A stretch of 64,000 nucleotides of DNA from Haliotis rubra (taxonomy: Eukaryota), in NCBI RefSeq assembly GCF_003918875.1, contig NW_025766814.1, positions 1,178,001 through 1,242,000 of the forward strand, given 5' to 3'. Below the pieces are notes generated by a model. The model was not told the DNA's origin and ran no database searches. It saw nothing but the letters and a program-made list of their open reading frames with translations. Every line of letters starts with the position of its first letter. The first letter of the stretch is position 1. A program made the position numbers and the translations under genes. Positions 52,785-64,000 of this stretch are shown in pieces.

Positions 52785-53003
52785 TCGTTTGTTGTTTGAC
52801 GCCGCACTCAGCAATATTCCAGCTATATGGCGGCGGTCTGTAAATAATCAGGTCTGGACAAGACTATCTAGTGATCAACATCATGGACATCGATCTACGC
52901 ACTCGAGATACAATGACTTGTGTCAACCAAGTCACCGAGCCTGACCACCCGATCCCGTTAGTCACCTCTGAAGACTAGCATGCGTTGCTGAACACCAATT
53001 CTC
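52785..53003 (-). mobile_element. SINE-B copy, 5' end truncated/degenerate
   Basis: Family body and shared tail present. Confidence 0.85.
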
Positions 53004-53129
53004 ACTGAGAGTGTGTTTAACTTAGCTTAGATTGTTATATCGTATTTCACCCAGGTATAGAATGCAACACTCTATTGAACTGTTCTAAAGGGTGAAGTAG
53101 ATTTCCCGTCTGTATTAAGCTGAGAGTGA

Positions 53130-54935
53130 GAGTAGGCTGTCACGCTGTATTTAAAGGAGATGTAGGCTGTCACGCTGTGTTAAACTGAAGGGTAGGCTGT
53201 CTGACTGTATTAAAAGGAGGTGTAGGCTGTCACGCTGTGTTAAACTGAAGGGTAGGCTGTCTGACTGTATTAAACTGAGGGGCAGATTGTCATACTGTAT
53301 TAAACTGAGGTGCAGGCTGTCATACTGTATTAATCTGAGGGGGAAGACTATCACGCTGTATTAAACTGAGGTGTAGGCTATGACACTATTAAACTGAGGT
53401 GTAGGCTATCATACTGTATTAAATAGAGGCGTAGGCTATCACACTGTATTAAACTGAGGTGTAGACTATCACGCTGTATTAAACTGAAGTGTAGGCTATC
53501 ACGCTGTATTAAACTGAGGCGTAGGCTATCACACTGTATTAAACTGAGGTGTAGACTATCACGCTGTATTAAACTGAAGTGTAGGCTATCACGCTGTATT
53601 AAACTGAGGCGTAGGCTATCACGCTGTATTAAACTGAGGCGTAGGCTATCACACTGTATTAAACTGAGGCGTAGGCTATCACGCTGTATTAAACTGAGGC
53701 GTAGGCTATCACACTGTATTAAACTGAGGTGTAGACTATCACGCTGTATTAAACTGAGGTGTAGGCTATCACGCTGTATTGAACTGAGGTGTAGGCTATC
53801 ACACTGTATTAAACTGAGGTGTAGGCTATCACACTGTATTAAACTGAGGTGTAGGCTATCACACTATTAAACTGAGGTGTAGGCTATCACACTGTATTAA
53901 ACAGGTGTAGGCTATCACACTGTATTAAACTGAGGTGTAGGCTATCACGCTGTATTAAACTGAGGCGTAGGCTATCACACTGTATTAAACTGAGGTGTAG
54001 ACAAACACGCTGTATTAAACTGAGGTGTAGGCTATCACGCTGTATTCAACTGTGGTGTAGGCTATCACGCTGTATTAAACTGAGGTGTAGGCTATCATAC
54101 TGTATTAAACTGAGGTGTAGGCTATCACACTGTATTAAACTGAGGTGTAGGCTATCATACTGTATTAAACTGAGGTGTAGGCTATCACGCTGTATTAAAC
54201 TGAGGCGTAGGCTATCACACTGTATTAAACTGAGGGGTAGACTATCACGCTGTATTAAACTGAGGTGTAGGCTATCATACTGTATTAAACTGAGGTGTAG
54301 GCTATCACGCTGTATTAAACTGAGGTGTAGGCTATCACACTATATTAAGCTGAGGCGTAGGCTATCACACTGTATTAAACTGAGGTGTAGGCTATCACAC
54401 TGTATTAAACTGAGGTGTAGGCTATCACACTGTATTAAACTGAGGTGTAGGCTATCACACTGTATTAAACTGAGGTGTAGGCTATCATACTGTATTAAAC
54501 TGAGGTGTAGGCTATCACACTGTATTAAACTGAGGTGTAGGCTATCACACTGTATTAAACTGAGGTGTAGGCTATCACACTGTATTAAACTGAGGTGTAG
54601 GCTATCATACTGTATTAAACTGAGGTGTAGGCTATCACACTGTATTAAACTGAGGTGTAGGCTATCACGCTGTATTAAACTGAGGTGTAGGCTATCACAC
54701 TGTATTAAACTGAGGTGTAGGCTATCACACTGTATTAAACTGAGGTGTAGGCTATCATACTGTATTAAACTGAGGTGTAGGCTATCACACTGTATTAAAC
54801 TGAGGTGTAGGCTATCACACTGTATTAAACTGAGGTGTAGGCTATCACACTGTATTAAACTGAGGTGTAGGCTATCACACTGTATTAAACTGTGGTGTAG
54901 GCTATCACACTGTATTAAACTGAGGTGTAGGCTAT
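53130..54935. repeat. 30-bp satellite (TGTATTAAACTGAGGTGTAGGCTATCACAC), ~60 copies
   Basis: Strict 30-bp periodicity; homogeneity increases toward the right. Confidence 0.97.
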
Positions 54936-56610
54936 ATAGAGATTACTAAACGAGCGTCTGTCAGATACCATTTATCTTACAACGAGTTGTTTCAAAACGT
55001 ATTTGACGAGCGAAAGCGAGTTAAATACGTTTCGAAACAACGAGTTGTAAGATAATTGGTATCTGACAGACACGAGTACAGTAATCTGTATCTTACACAC
55101 CATAAAATTGCACCATTTTATGGTCGAATAGATTCAAATTTCATATTTTCTCATCGTAGCTTCTCAATAATACACAACACAACGTTTATGGATGAGTGAC
55201 GTCACCTGGCTTCCTAATCACTACCAATCCCCATGGTGACCCTCCACAAAAAAGTTTCTGCCACCTCTTCGCAACATCAAGGCAATAGTGATAATGAAAA
55301 CTACATAACATCACAGAAAATTAATTAAACACTCTAAAACGATGATGTTACCGTGCAAATGTGGATGATTTTCATTCTTGCAAGCAAAAAATATTTGAGC
55401 GTGTGACGTCATCGTTATCGCTTGGTGGTTGTCGTCATCGGAAGATTGTTTCGGATATCTCTGCACATTGGGGATCTGTACTTGTGTACCAGTTTCTGTT
55501 CAATGTTCTCCCATAGACCGGAGCCAAAACTATTGAGTGTGTGTAATTAGGTGCACCCAATGTGCTTGAATGTGACATTGCTGAGGTTACGTTCACTGTC
55601 AATGGGGACTACTCTTCTTCGCCACATCCTTCTCGTTTTCCCGAGCCAGAAACTGCCACTTGGAATGTAACGGAATTTACGGAGTTGTCAGTATGAAATG
55701 TGAGTTGATTACATCCTGTATGTTATCAAGACATAAACTTTGCATTATCATGCGTCGGAGGAATATCTTGAGCAATGACTTATGTGTAGATCAACCGTTC
55801 CTGTACATGTTCGATTGAATAGAAAGGACGTGTGCCGCCATTTGCACTCATGAAGCCTAGCAAAACGTTCCATGTTGATACATTGTTTCAACGAGTGTGT
55901 TTTGGTTCTGATTGTCATGAGTGAATTTGATAACATTGGAATCACATAGTAGCTCGAAGTTGGAAGTGTGTCTTCATCATACTGTATCAGTGAAACATGT
56001 CATCTTCATCAATGCATCAAAGAAACAACGAGGCAAATCGATCTCACAATGGACAGGCACTGGCGTTATCGTGTCAGGTATTTTGCAAGACGATACATGA
56101 CACTTGTCGCATCTCTCCAGTAAAAGTACCAATGTTGTACATTTTGAATATTCGAAGGGAATCCCGGTCTTAATTTCTAACGGCGATTTTCACATAATTG
56201 TTTACACAGGTATCACTGATTGTTCGAGCCATTTTGAATTCATGACTGGAAATCTAAAGTGTTAATAAAAGGAATTAGAAAATAAATAGATTCGTGTTAT
56301 ATTTATTCTAATTGTGTTTCATTGTATACATACCTGTTTATGTTACAGGGGCGGTGGGGTAGCCTGTTTATGTTACAATCGTGTACAAAAATAACAGGTA
56401 GGTGTAAAGGGTTTATGTTACAATCGTGAAAATTTGTGCACGAGTAACAGGTTTCTGTTCGATTGAAGCCCAAGTAACTTATCAATGAATTTTAATCAGG
56501 AAAGCAGTCATCACCATGGAGTAGCAAATCACGAGATTAGAAATCGATCTCACACATATGAGTGATACCAGTTTTCTCACATGGGTTTCTCACCCACGGG
56601 TGTGTAAGAA
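54936..56610. mobile_element. Non-autonomous DNA element with terminal hairpin, asymmetric inverted repeats and no TSD (Crypton- or Helitron2-like)
   Basis: Splits one satellite monomer exactly (GGCTAT|CACGCTG). Hairpin at 54940-55087. TCTTACACACC at 55091-55101 is the inverse of GGTGTGTAAGA at 56599-56609. Confidence 0.8.
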
Positions 56611-56735
56611 CACGCTGTATTAAAATGAGGTGTAGGCTATCACGCTGTATTAAACTGAGGTGTAGGCTATCACACTGTATTAAACTGAGGTGTAGGCTAT
56701 CACACTGTATTAAACTGAGGGGAGGACTGTCATAC
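56611..56735. repeat. Remainder of the 30-bp satellite (~4 copies)
   Basis: Resumes in register after the insertion. Confidence 0.95.
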
Positions 56736-58092
56736 ACCATGAAACAAGGGAATCTATTTCTATACTGATGAAAAATATATTCTCATCCAAAGCGACACGG
56801 TCATGAATCAACATGAACGTCTGTGGTCGTTCTGGTTTAAATCGGCAACACTGATCAGTAAGTTTGAATACAGAAAAACTATAATGATAGAAAATGTTAT
56901 TATGAGAGCTCTGACACATTATACCTAAGGTTATCAAATGTATAGATTGAATCAAATATCAACAAACATTCATCAATGTTTCCACAGGCTTAAGGCAGCA
57001 GCCAGAAATCCATTTCTGTAATCAAATAACTCTAATCGGAGATGAAAAAGACATGTTAATACCGATAAGATTTGATATTTTCGCCTTCGACGTAAATTAA
57101 GGTGCACATGAATATGTGTATACGAAAAATAGAGTAAAGAGGCTTGTGTCCCAGTCGCACGGGTTTCCTTTGCTTTCAACTTTAACATGCTGATCATATT
57201 TAGATCACTATTCTGCCGTTACATCCTGTCCCCTGATGTGGCTTTCATTGATTTCCTGCCAAAAAACAGGACATTCTCATGAATGAAATAAAAAGGTCTT
57301 GGTGAATTGGTTGAACCCTGCTTGATCTCTCCAACTAGTTGGGTATATTAGCATACCATGTCACTTCGGTTCAGCCTAACCAGAAGTACAAATGACATGT
57401 GCAACTCATTACCAGAAGCCGTAAAGCTAAGTCTCGTCAAGTCTCGTTATTGTTATCGTACTGAGGGTCGGACTCAAGGTCAGGTTGAGATGCGAGAAGT
57501 TCTTCGATTTAAGGAGTATGTGGATTTCTGGTGAATGGTAATTGGTGTGGCGTGCATCATCTGTCACTTTTCGCAGTGCTACAGACTGTGCTGGATAATC
57601 CATATTCGTTTGAATATTTTGAATATTTCCACATCGTCACTCAGACAGTGGTCACAGTCGTTTTCTTTGACCGCATGGGAGCATGTAAATGTTGTATTTA
57701 AGTGAGGATTCGAAATTGGGTCATACATGTGACGAAAGTAATTCTGTTTTATGGTAATCGGCATCGCTGGGACCAGCTGTCAGTTTTCGTAATGCTTCAA
57801 AATATGCGGCATGATTTGTATTCAAGTCTTTGAATAACATTTAAAAGCGATATACACAAGGGTTAGAAACGTTGTGGTTCCTGGTGAAGTTGACTTCCAT
57901 ACATTCTCTATCCTATTGTCCTTATTAAATTGCAGTTTGAAAATATTTTGGTATTATTGACTCCAGTAGAGGGAGAACAAAGTCATTTACTTTATCTTGA
58001 CCACAAGCGATGAACGTGGGCATTAGAATATCATACTTACTTGAGGAATAGAACTCGATCATACATGGGACCAGACGATTCTTCATATGCGA

Positions 58093-58254
58093 GGGGCGGT
58101 GGGGTAGCCTAGTGGTTAAAGCGTTCACCCGTCACGTCGAAGGCCCGGGTTCGATTCCCCATATGGGTACAATGTGTGAAGCCCATTTCCGTTGTCCCCA
58201 ACCGTGATATTGCTGCAGTATTGCTAAAAGCGGCACAAAACCATACTCAATCAC
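58093..58254 (+). mobile_element. SINE-A, full length
   Basis: TSD TCATAT(G/A)CGA at 58083-58092 and 58255-58264. Confidence 0.92.
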
Positions 58255-59499
58255 TCATATACGACAATTCCACACCGATCGCGAACCTCTCCTTACGGGG
58301 AGCAATAGGCGTCTAACTACCATTGACACTCTTATACATGCTTACTGTTTTAATATGGATGCAGGCCAAGGTTATGACTACCCTTTGTCAGTGTCATCTC
58401 TGGTTTTGGGGAGCCTTTCGTTAAATATTCCTGACTATGTATGTTTTTTACGCCGTCTGAAATCAGAGTCTGAATAGTGTTGACGTGTGAGCTGACATGG
58501 TATGATGTAACAGTTGGACTTACTAAGTCCTGTTAAGCGCAGTCCTGGTTCGACTCACCACGTGTCTTGTTTCGTGTTGTCCCCAGTAATATATGTCCTC
58601 GAGATATGGATTGAATTAAGCTGAACTCGGACATTCATTTACTTTAAAATCCTGTAAAACCCAACGGACCTATAATTATTCGCAAACCACTCTGAAAAAG
58701 ACGGATTTACGGAGCTGATCTACTTTTACCAATTACACAATGGCGGAGAGAAAATAAGTTGCCAGTTGCCCGGTACTAAACTATATAAGTTAACTCCAAG
58801 TCTTCAGTTTTTAAACTTCTCTGAAATATGCCTCACCTATTTCAATATATATATCTATGTATCATATTTAAGCGAATCTTTCTGTGAAGGAAAAATCAAC
58901 AGGCAAAACATTTAAGTCTTGACCTTAATATAATTTAGCTTCATTAGCTCAGTACACCATTTAGCACAGTGTCCTGGTGCCGCTTGCATTCTTACTATGA
59001 GTCTGTCGTTACCATCAACAATAGCCCTAACTCAGCGAGGGCGGCTTACTGTACAATTATCTAATCAGAAAATCGACCGTGACCTATTCGAAAATCGATT
59101 CTGTAACAGCCAGTCTGTAAACAGTGTCCATCACAGATCTGGATAAACGGAGAATGGTGGTCATTTGCAGTGGTGCAGGAATCTCTGGCAGTTGAGGTAA
59201 TCAGGATTTAATCTGGACAGTAAACAAAAAGCTTGTGGTTTGGGGAAAGACAGCGACATCTATGTCTTATTACATGTATGTATTCCTGGCCCAGACTAAT
59301 CGGTATTCTGGTCACGGGATGGACCGCCTGAAGAGGACAAACATTAGCAAACTTAATATCTTCTTTAAACCTACTTTTGCGGGCGTATTCGTTTCTGAAG
59401 TAACGGTACCTCTCTGGCTGGAGAAGAGACGGAAGACCCATCAGCAGTTGCAACATTGTGTGTGCTGGAGGGTAATATCCATCAGCAATTTGCTCGCTG

Positions 59500-59950
59500 G
59501 GTAGTATTACTTGTACAGAGATCTTGGATGTAGCATCTTGTAATTTGATCGACGAATTGGAGCGGATAAGGTTATCAGCTTGGCCTCTTCAGCATCTCCA
59601 TGTGATATGGACAGCATCTTATGTTCAGTCGAAGTTTTACTACTTGAGGAAACGGACATATAAATGTTGCAATACGTTCAAATTTTTTCCATGTCTCTCA
59701 TTGCAAACAGAGGCATCATTGCACATGTACATGTTGTACCTAGACGACGATGTTCAAAATTAGCTTACTCTTTTAGTTTCATCCCAAATCCGTAATCGAT
59801 GCCAGTGGATTGGGAGGGTGGCGGGTACTACCGGTGGAGCAGGACATACCTAACCTTGGCTCTTACACCTGGTGTTATTTTCAGTGATCATAGATGTTTC
59901 ACTTGACTCTAACACCTGGTGTTATTTTCAGTGATCCATAGATGTTTCAC
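59500..59950 (+). mobile_element. Possible decayed PLE-type reverse-transcriptase 3' end with a 47-bp tandem duplication
   Basis: SKFYYLRKRTYKCCNTFKFFPCLS loosely resembles TKLYDKRDDFNF..VNFP. It is followed by GGCGGGT...GCAGGA...TAACCTT...ACACCTGG...TTTCAGTG, which also appears at ~125-170 and 63838-63920. Duplication at 59856-59950. Confidence 0.35.
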
Positions 59951-61577
59951 CTGTTTTTTTCTTTAGCACCCAGGGGATCATCGAGATGGACGTTTTCTGT
60001 ACAATAAATGTCAGTCAGTTATATCACGCGAGAGAACTTAAAATGTTGAAGGCATCCACTGACTTTGACATTCACCACTTATGAGTAAGGAGTATGGGGC
60101 AACAGACGGATGATGAAATACCATAACCAAATCCGTCGAATTACACAACCCAGCACTACGAGATGCGACTACTTGGCCGCCCGGTGTTACAAAAAATGTT
60201 TAACTGATTAGTCAAAATGAACCTTAAAGGAATTGACAACACCATGCTTCACATGATACGACAAGTATCAGTTTAATGTAAATGAATCCGGGTTTAAGCT
60301 GATACCTGACATCCTGACTTGACTATTAAAGAATCCGATATGGTCTAACCCTGGTTCTGTGACTTCTTCTAAGGCACAGTGGTTCACATCGGTTTCCAAA
60401 TCTGTCAGTGGCCTTTTACGAATTGCATTTCCGCCATTGATTTTCTGCCTAAAATCTGACCATCCCATGAATGAACCCAAATTGTATTTCTGCTTTTTTC
60501 AACAATGCTTATCACCAGTTACTGACAAAAAACATACAGCGACAACCCAATCTGACACCCTAACTTTATAGGAATATCCAGGTTACGTGAAATCAGAACA
60601 TTTGTTATCCAGAATAATTAAGACGAGCGCGTGTCTCGACAGGTCTGACGGGCTGTGTGCTTAAGAGCTGATTTATGATAGCCAATAGTGGAAGAGCGGG
60701 TTGTCCTAATGGCGTCTTAAGCCCCTGCGAACATGAGAAGTTATTGTTCTATTCTAATATGTAATTCAATATTAATATTGTCAAACATATTTCATTAATA
60801 AGTATGATGATTTTGTTTGCTTTCTTAATATACCAGCAAAACCTCACTATTCCGCATGTTCAATTTCAACAATGTCGGATACAAGTATGCTACGTTCCAA
60901 AAGAACATGCATTGGAATCTTACAGACTGCAACACGTCCAGATGGGAAAAAGGGGAAAAAGATTACCATTGAGCGTTGGGCACGATCGAAGCTGGTCTGC
61001 GGGTTCACCAGACTACTATGCTTAATGCAAGTAATGCACATCCACCAGAGGTGAACCCAGCTTTCCAAGTGTGCGTTTGTGCGATTGCCTAATACCCACT
61101 TCACAATTCGCAATTAGATCATGGTCATCCCTATCTGCATCCGATAGCGGACAAACAGTGCTCACGATCACCCGAAAAGATTACTGTCTCTGACATACGT
61201 CAGCGTTCGTTCTCACTTGCCAGAGCGTCACCTAGCAGTAACTTCCCGGAAAACAATACGAACCAGCCACAGATCTAAGTCAGCAAACATATTGCATCGG
61301 TTGTCAACGGAAACATTCAAGTGCAGGCGTTTCTTTTCGAATTAAGTATATTAATCAAAGCACACTCTTCTCTAATTAACGGATGATATTCTGTTTGTGA
61401 CACCTTGGGACTTTGCTTGCCTTGCTTGCTGTAGGAGAAGACGTATTTGGATCGGCTCATCAAACTGTATATTGAACATTGACCACATGGGACGTTTGGA
61501 ATATTCACGATTATTTACAACCCACTCGGACACTGATCACTGCAGCATTGACAACAGCCACTTACTCACTAATCCTT

Positions 61578-61660
61578 ATGTGGTAGCCAAGCGGTGAAAA
61601 CATTCGCTCGTCATGGGTTTGGTTCAAAGCATGGGTAAAATGTGTGAAGCCCATTTCTGG
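61578..61660 (+). mobile_element. Partial SINE-A
   Basis: GGTAGCCAAGCGG...TTCGCTCGTCA...ATGTGTGAAGCCCATTTCTGG. Confidence 0.7.
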
Positions 61661-61814
61661 AACCCAGACGAGAACCGTGTTTCAAATGAGCACACAATTA
61701 TATAAGTAGCAGCAAGGGAACTGCATCATACATATCGAACATTAACTAAAAGAGGACATCATAGAAAGGTTTGCCAACTCAAATCCATGTTCAAATGATT
61801 TTTTGTTGTTGTTT

Positions 61815-62053
61815 TACTTTGTTGTTTATCGCAGCACTCAGCAGTTTAGTACCTATATCACGGCGGTCTGTACATGATCGTGTCTGGACTAAGCACTATA
61901 GAGACTGATGTCATGAGCATGGATCTACACAACCGGGATACGATGATATTGCATTAACCACGTCAGAGAGTCTGACCACTTGATCCCGCCATTAGCCTCT
62001 TACGACAAGCATGGGTAGCGGGAGACCATTTCTTACCAGGACCTTGACGTGTC
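61815..62053 (-). mobile_element. Old SINE-B copy
   Basis: GCCTCTTACGACAAGCATGGG and the rest of the family body; diverged. Confidence 0.8.
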
Positions 62054-62749
62054 TGAATTAATAAAGCAAGGATACGTCTGCAGTATTTTCAAGGCTTTGC
62101 GCAAAACTTTTTAAGTCAACCCATGTCCAATTACTTTAGCAAAGATTCAGCTAAAGTCCCTTCAGTATTGTTTTCAAAATGTTATGTGAGTCATAATGAG
62201 ATTAAACCTACATTTACCTACTTCCATAAATATCCCCTTACTTCGATGTGAGTGATTCATGGATTAAGTTATAAGTTCCATTTGGGGAAAATAATCTAAT
62301 TTCTTTTTTAATGAGGCACAAATCTCGATAAAAGGAAGATCATTTAGTGACATGTTTATGTTCTTATTGGATATGACAGATTGGATTCGCAAGTAAACGT
62401 AATTAACGGGAGAGAAATATAGGTAATCTGGATAGTCCACTGTGCATTAGGAATTGACTTAAACACCATCAGCCAGATACTTTAACATACAACGCAGCCT
62501 TTAGGGGGATAGTCAGAAACGACTACACCGTGTGATCGGCTGTGCGTAAAGTTACATTAATTCGCTACTTATACATCACTCTGGCGACCAAGAAGCTATT
62601 CTGTCTTTGTAGAAATATAGATCAATGCTACCTAGATCTCATCACTCCGTTTAACCATCACAAATATATTATAGCAATATTTCCAATACCATGCCCTCTA
62701 AGCATTTGCTGTTATCGCCTGCCATAGAAATGGTGTTTGGGCTATTGCT

Positions 62750-63300
62750 GGAGATAATTAACGTAAATATATTCAAGATCTATAAAAACTACTCGTTCAT
62801 TGATACATCATTGTCAAGGAGTGGGTCCAAATAAGTGATGGAAAGACTACTTGGAATTCTTGACGCCAAGTACCACGAAGTTGTCACTTCAAGCTAGCCA
62901 ATTCTCATTCATTGCTTTCTGTTCGATCCGTTCCGATAATATCCGTTGTTCCTAGGGAGAAACAACACATTGGTGGGGTTCCAGCGAGCTTCGAATCAAT
63001 GCAAATACCGAGGCAAGATGTCCTGAAGTTATGCAGATGTAAATCAAACTTTCCTGATACCATTCACTGGTGATGTGACAACTCCGAATGTCGGTTATTA
63101 CAAATGTCATCTCCTAAGTGAAAGCCCTTTGGTCATAGATCCATATACATGTCAGAGGATGTGTGTCAAGTATTCTGCGCTTGCCGTTTAACGTAATATC
63201 TGTAACGCTGGCTGCACGAAGCCATCTTTCCGCGCTGAACGAGCCCAATTTTAAGAGACACATATAATAGGAGATTTACTTATTCATTTGTAGAGAGCGG
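62750..63300 (-). mobile_element. Decayed LINE reverse-transcriptase relic
   Basis: Minus strand reads IGLVQRGKMAS (resembles GVPQGS.LS), then CLGICIDSKL (resembles YLGV.ID.KL) and FYRS. Confidence 0.35.
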
Positions 63301-63990
63301 AATAATATCTCAGCGGTAGAAACAATATTGCACTGTAAAGTGGACCACAGAATTCTCTTAAATAGGACATATAAGGTGAATCGTTATTGCTTGGAGGAAA
63401 ATGGTAAGTATTGACCACGCTAGAGGTTGCAAATATGAGTTTTACTCCAAGATGAATCCATAACAACCCCGCATGATTGTAAAGGATGCAAGAACCGATC
63501 AGCATATGCAGATCTTGTAGTGTATGATTGAAAACAGCCTTGACAAATTGAATTCCGAGTTTCATCATACGTTTCATTGCTATCTACAAATGAAATGTCC
63601 CAGACATTAAAACAAACCTCTACAGTGCTGTAAGAAAAACCTTAACTGTTTCAAAAATGTTTCAATATACATGCAATCAACAGAATCCCTGAACGTATAT
63701 CCAGTAGTCGTAATTCAAAATGAACACCTGGAATTTCGGGTACATCGATCACTTGATTGTCTGGTTTGTTTACAAGCCACCGTAGCATGACAGGAATACT
63801 GCTGTGTGGTATTGGGCTGTAAATACTATTAATATGAACGGCGGGTGCTGCCAGCAGGGTAGGATATGCTTACCCTTTACGCGAAACTCGTGTGTCATCA
63901 ATGACTTTCAGTGGTCCATTATAAGAGTTTCAAATCTTCTTTGCCTTTACACCGAATGGAACCCCTTTTGTAGGATATTCATAATCATGA

Positions 63991-64000
63991 GACCCGTGAA
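63991..64000 (+). mobile_element. Probable start of another SINE-B at the window edge
   Basis: GACCCGTGAA matches the family's 5' end; only 10 bp are visible. Confidence 0.5.

Noticed and set aside
53130-54935. CRISPR-like array (30-bp units; likewise the 40- and 51-bp arrays)
   Set aside because: Units are head-to-tail with no unique spacers and no cas genes; these are ordinary satellites.

Overview
AT-rich, repeat-dominated eukaryotic genomic DNA with no confidently identifiable intact host gene. The SINE repertoire resembles that of a gastropod mollusc such as abalone (Haliotis); this is inference from recall, not a search. Contents: (i) two abundant short retroposon families sharing a 3' tail ending in (CTCA)n, one tRNA-headed ('SINE-A') and one with a non-tRNA head that can form a pseudoknot ('SINE-B'), plus a third older tRNA-SINE; (ii) a full-length but disrupted Tc1 (DD34E) transposon; (iii) five Penelope-like (PLE) terminal fragments carrying minimal hammerhead-ribozyme motifs, three arranged as divergent inverted pairs, one interrupted by an L1/Tx1 3' end with a 15-bp target-site duplication (TSD); (iv) a 1.7-kb element without a TSD, inserted in a 30-bp satellite, whose terminal hairpin contains tandem G.A pairs and a GCGAAAGC mini-hairpin, suggesting a folded single-stranded DNA substrate; (v) a ~3.85-kb segment bounded by ~300-bp inverted repeats; (vi) 25-, 30-, 40-, 51- and 125-bp tandem arrays, two with higher-order structure; (vii) decayed Gypsy, DIRS-like, CR1/Rex and possible Harbinger relics and a possible decayed acetyltransferase gene array. 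Most ORFs in the supplied track are spurious.
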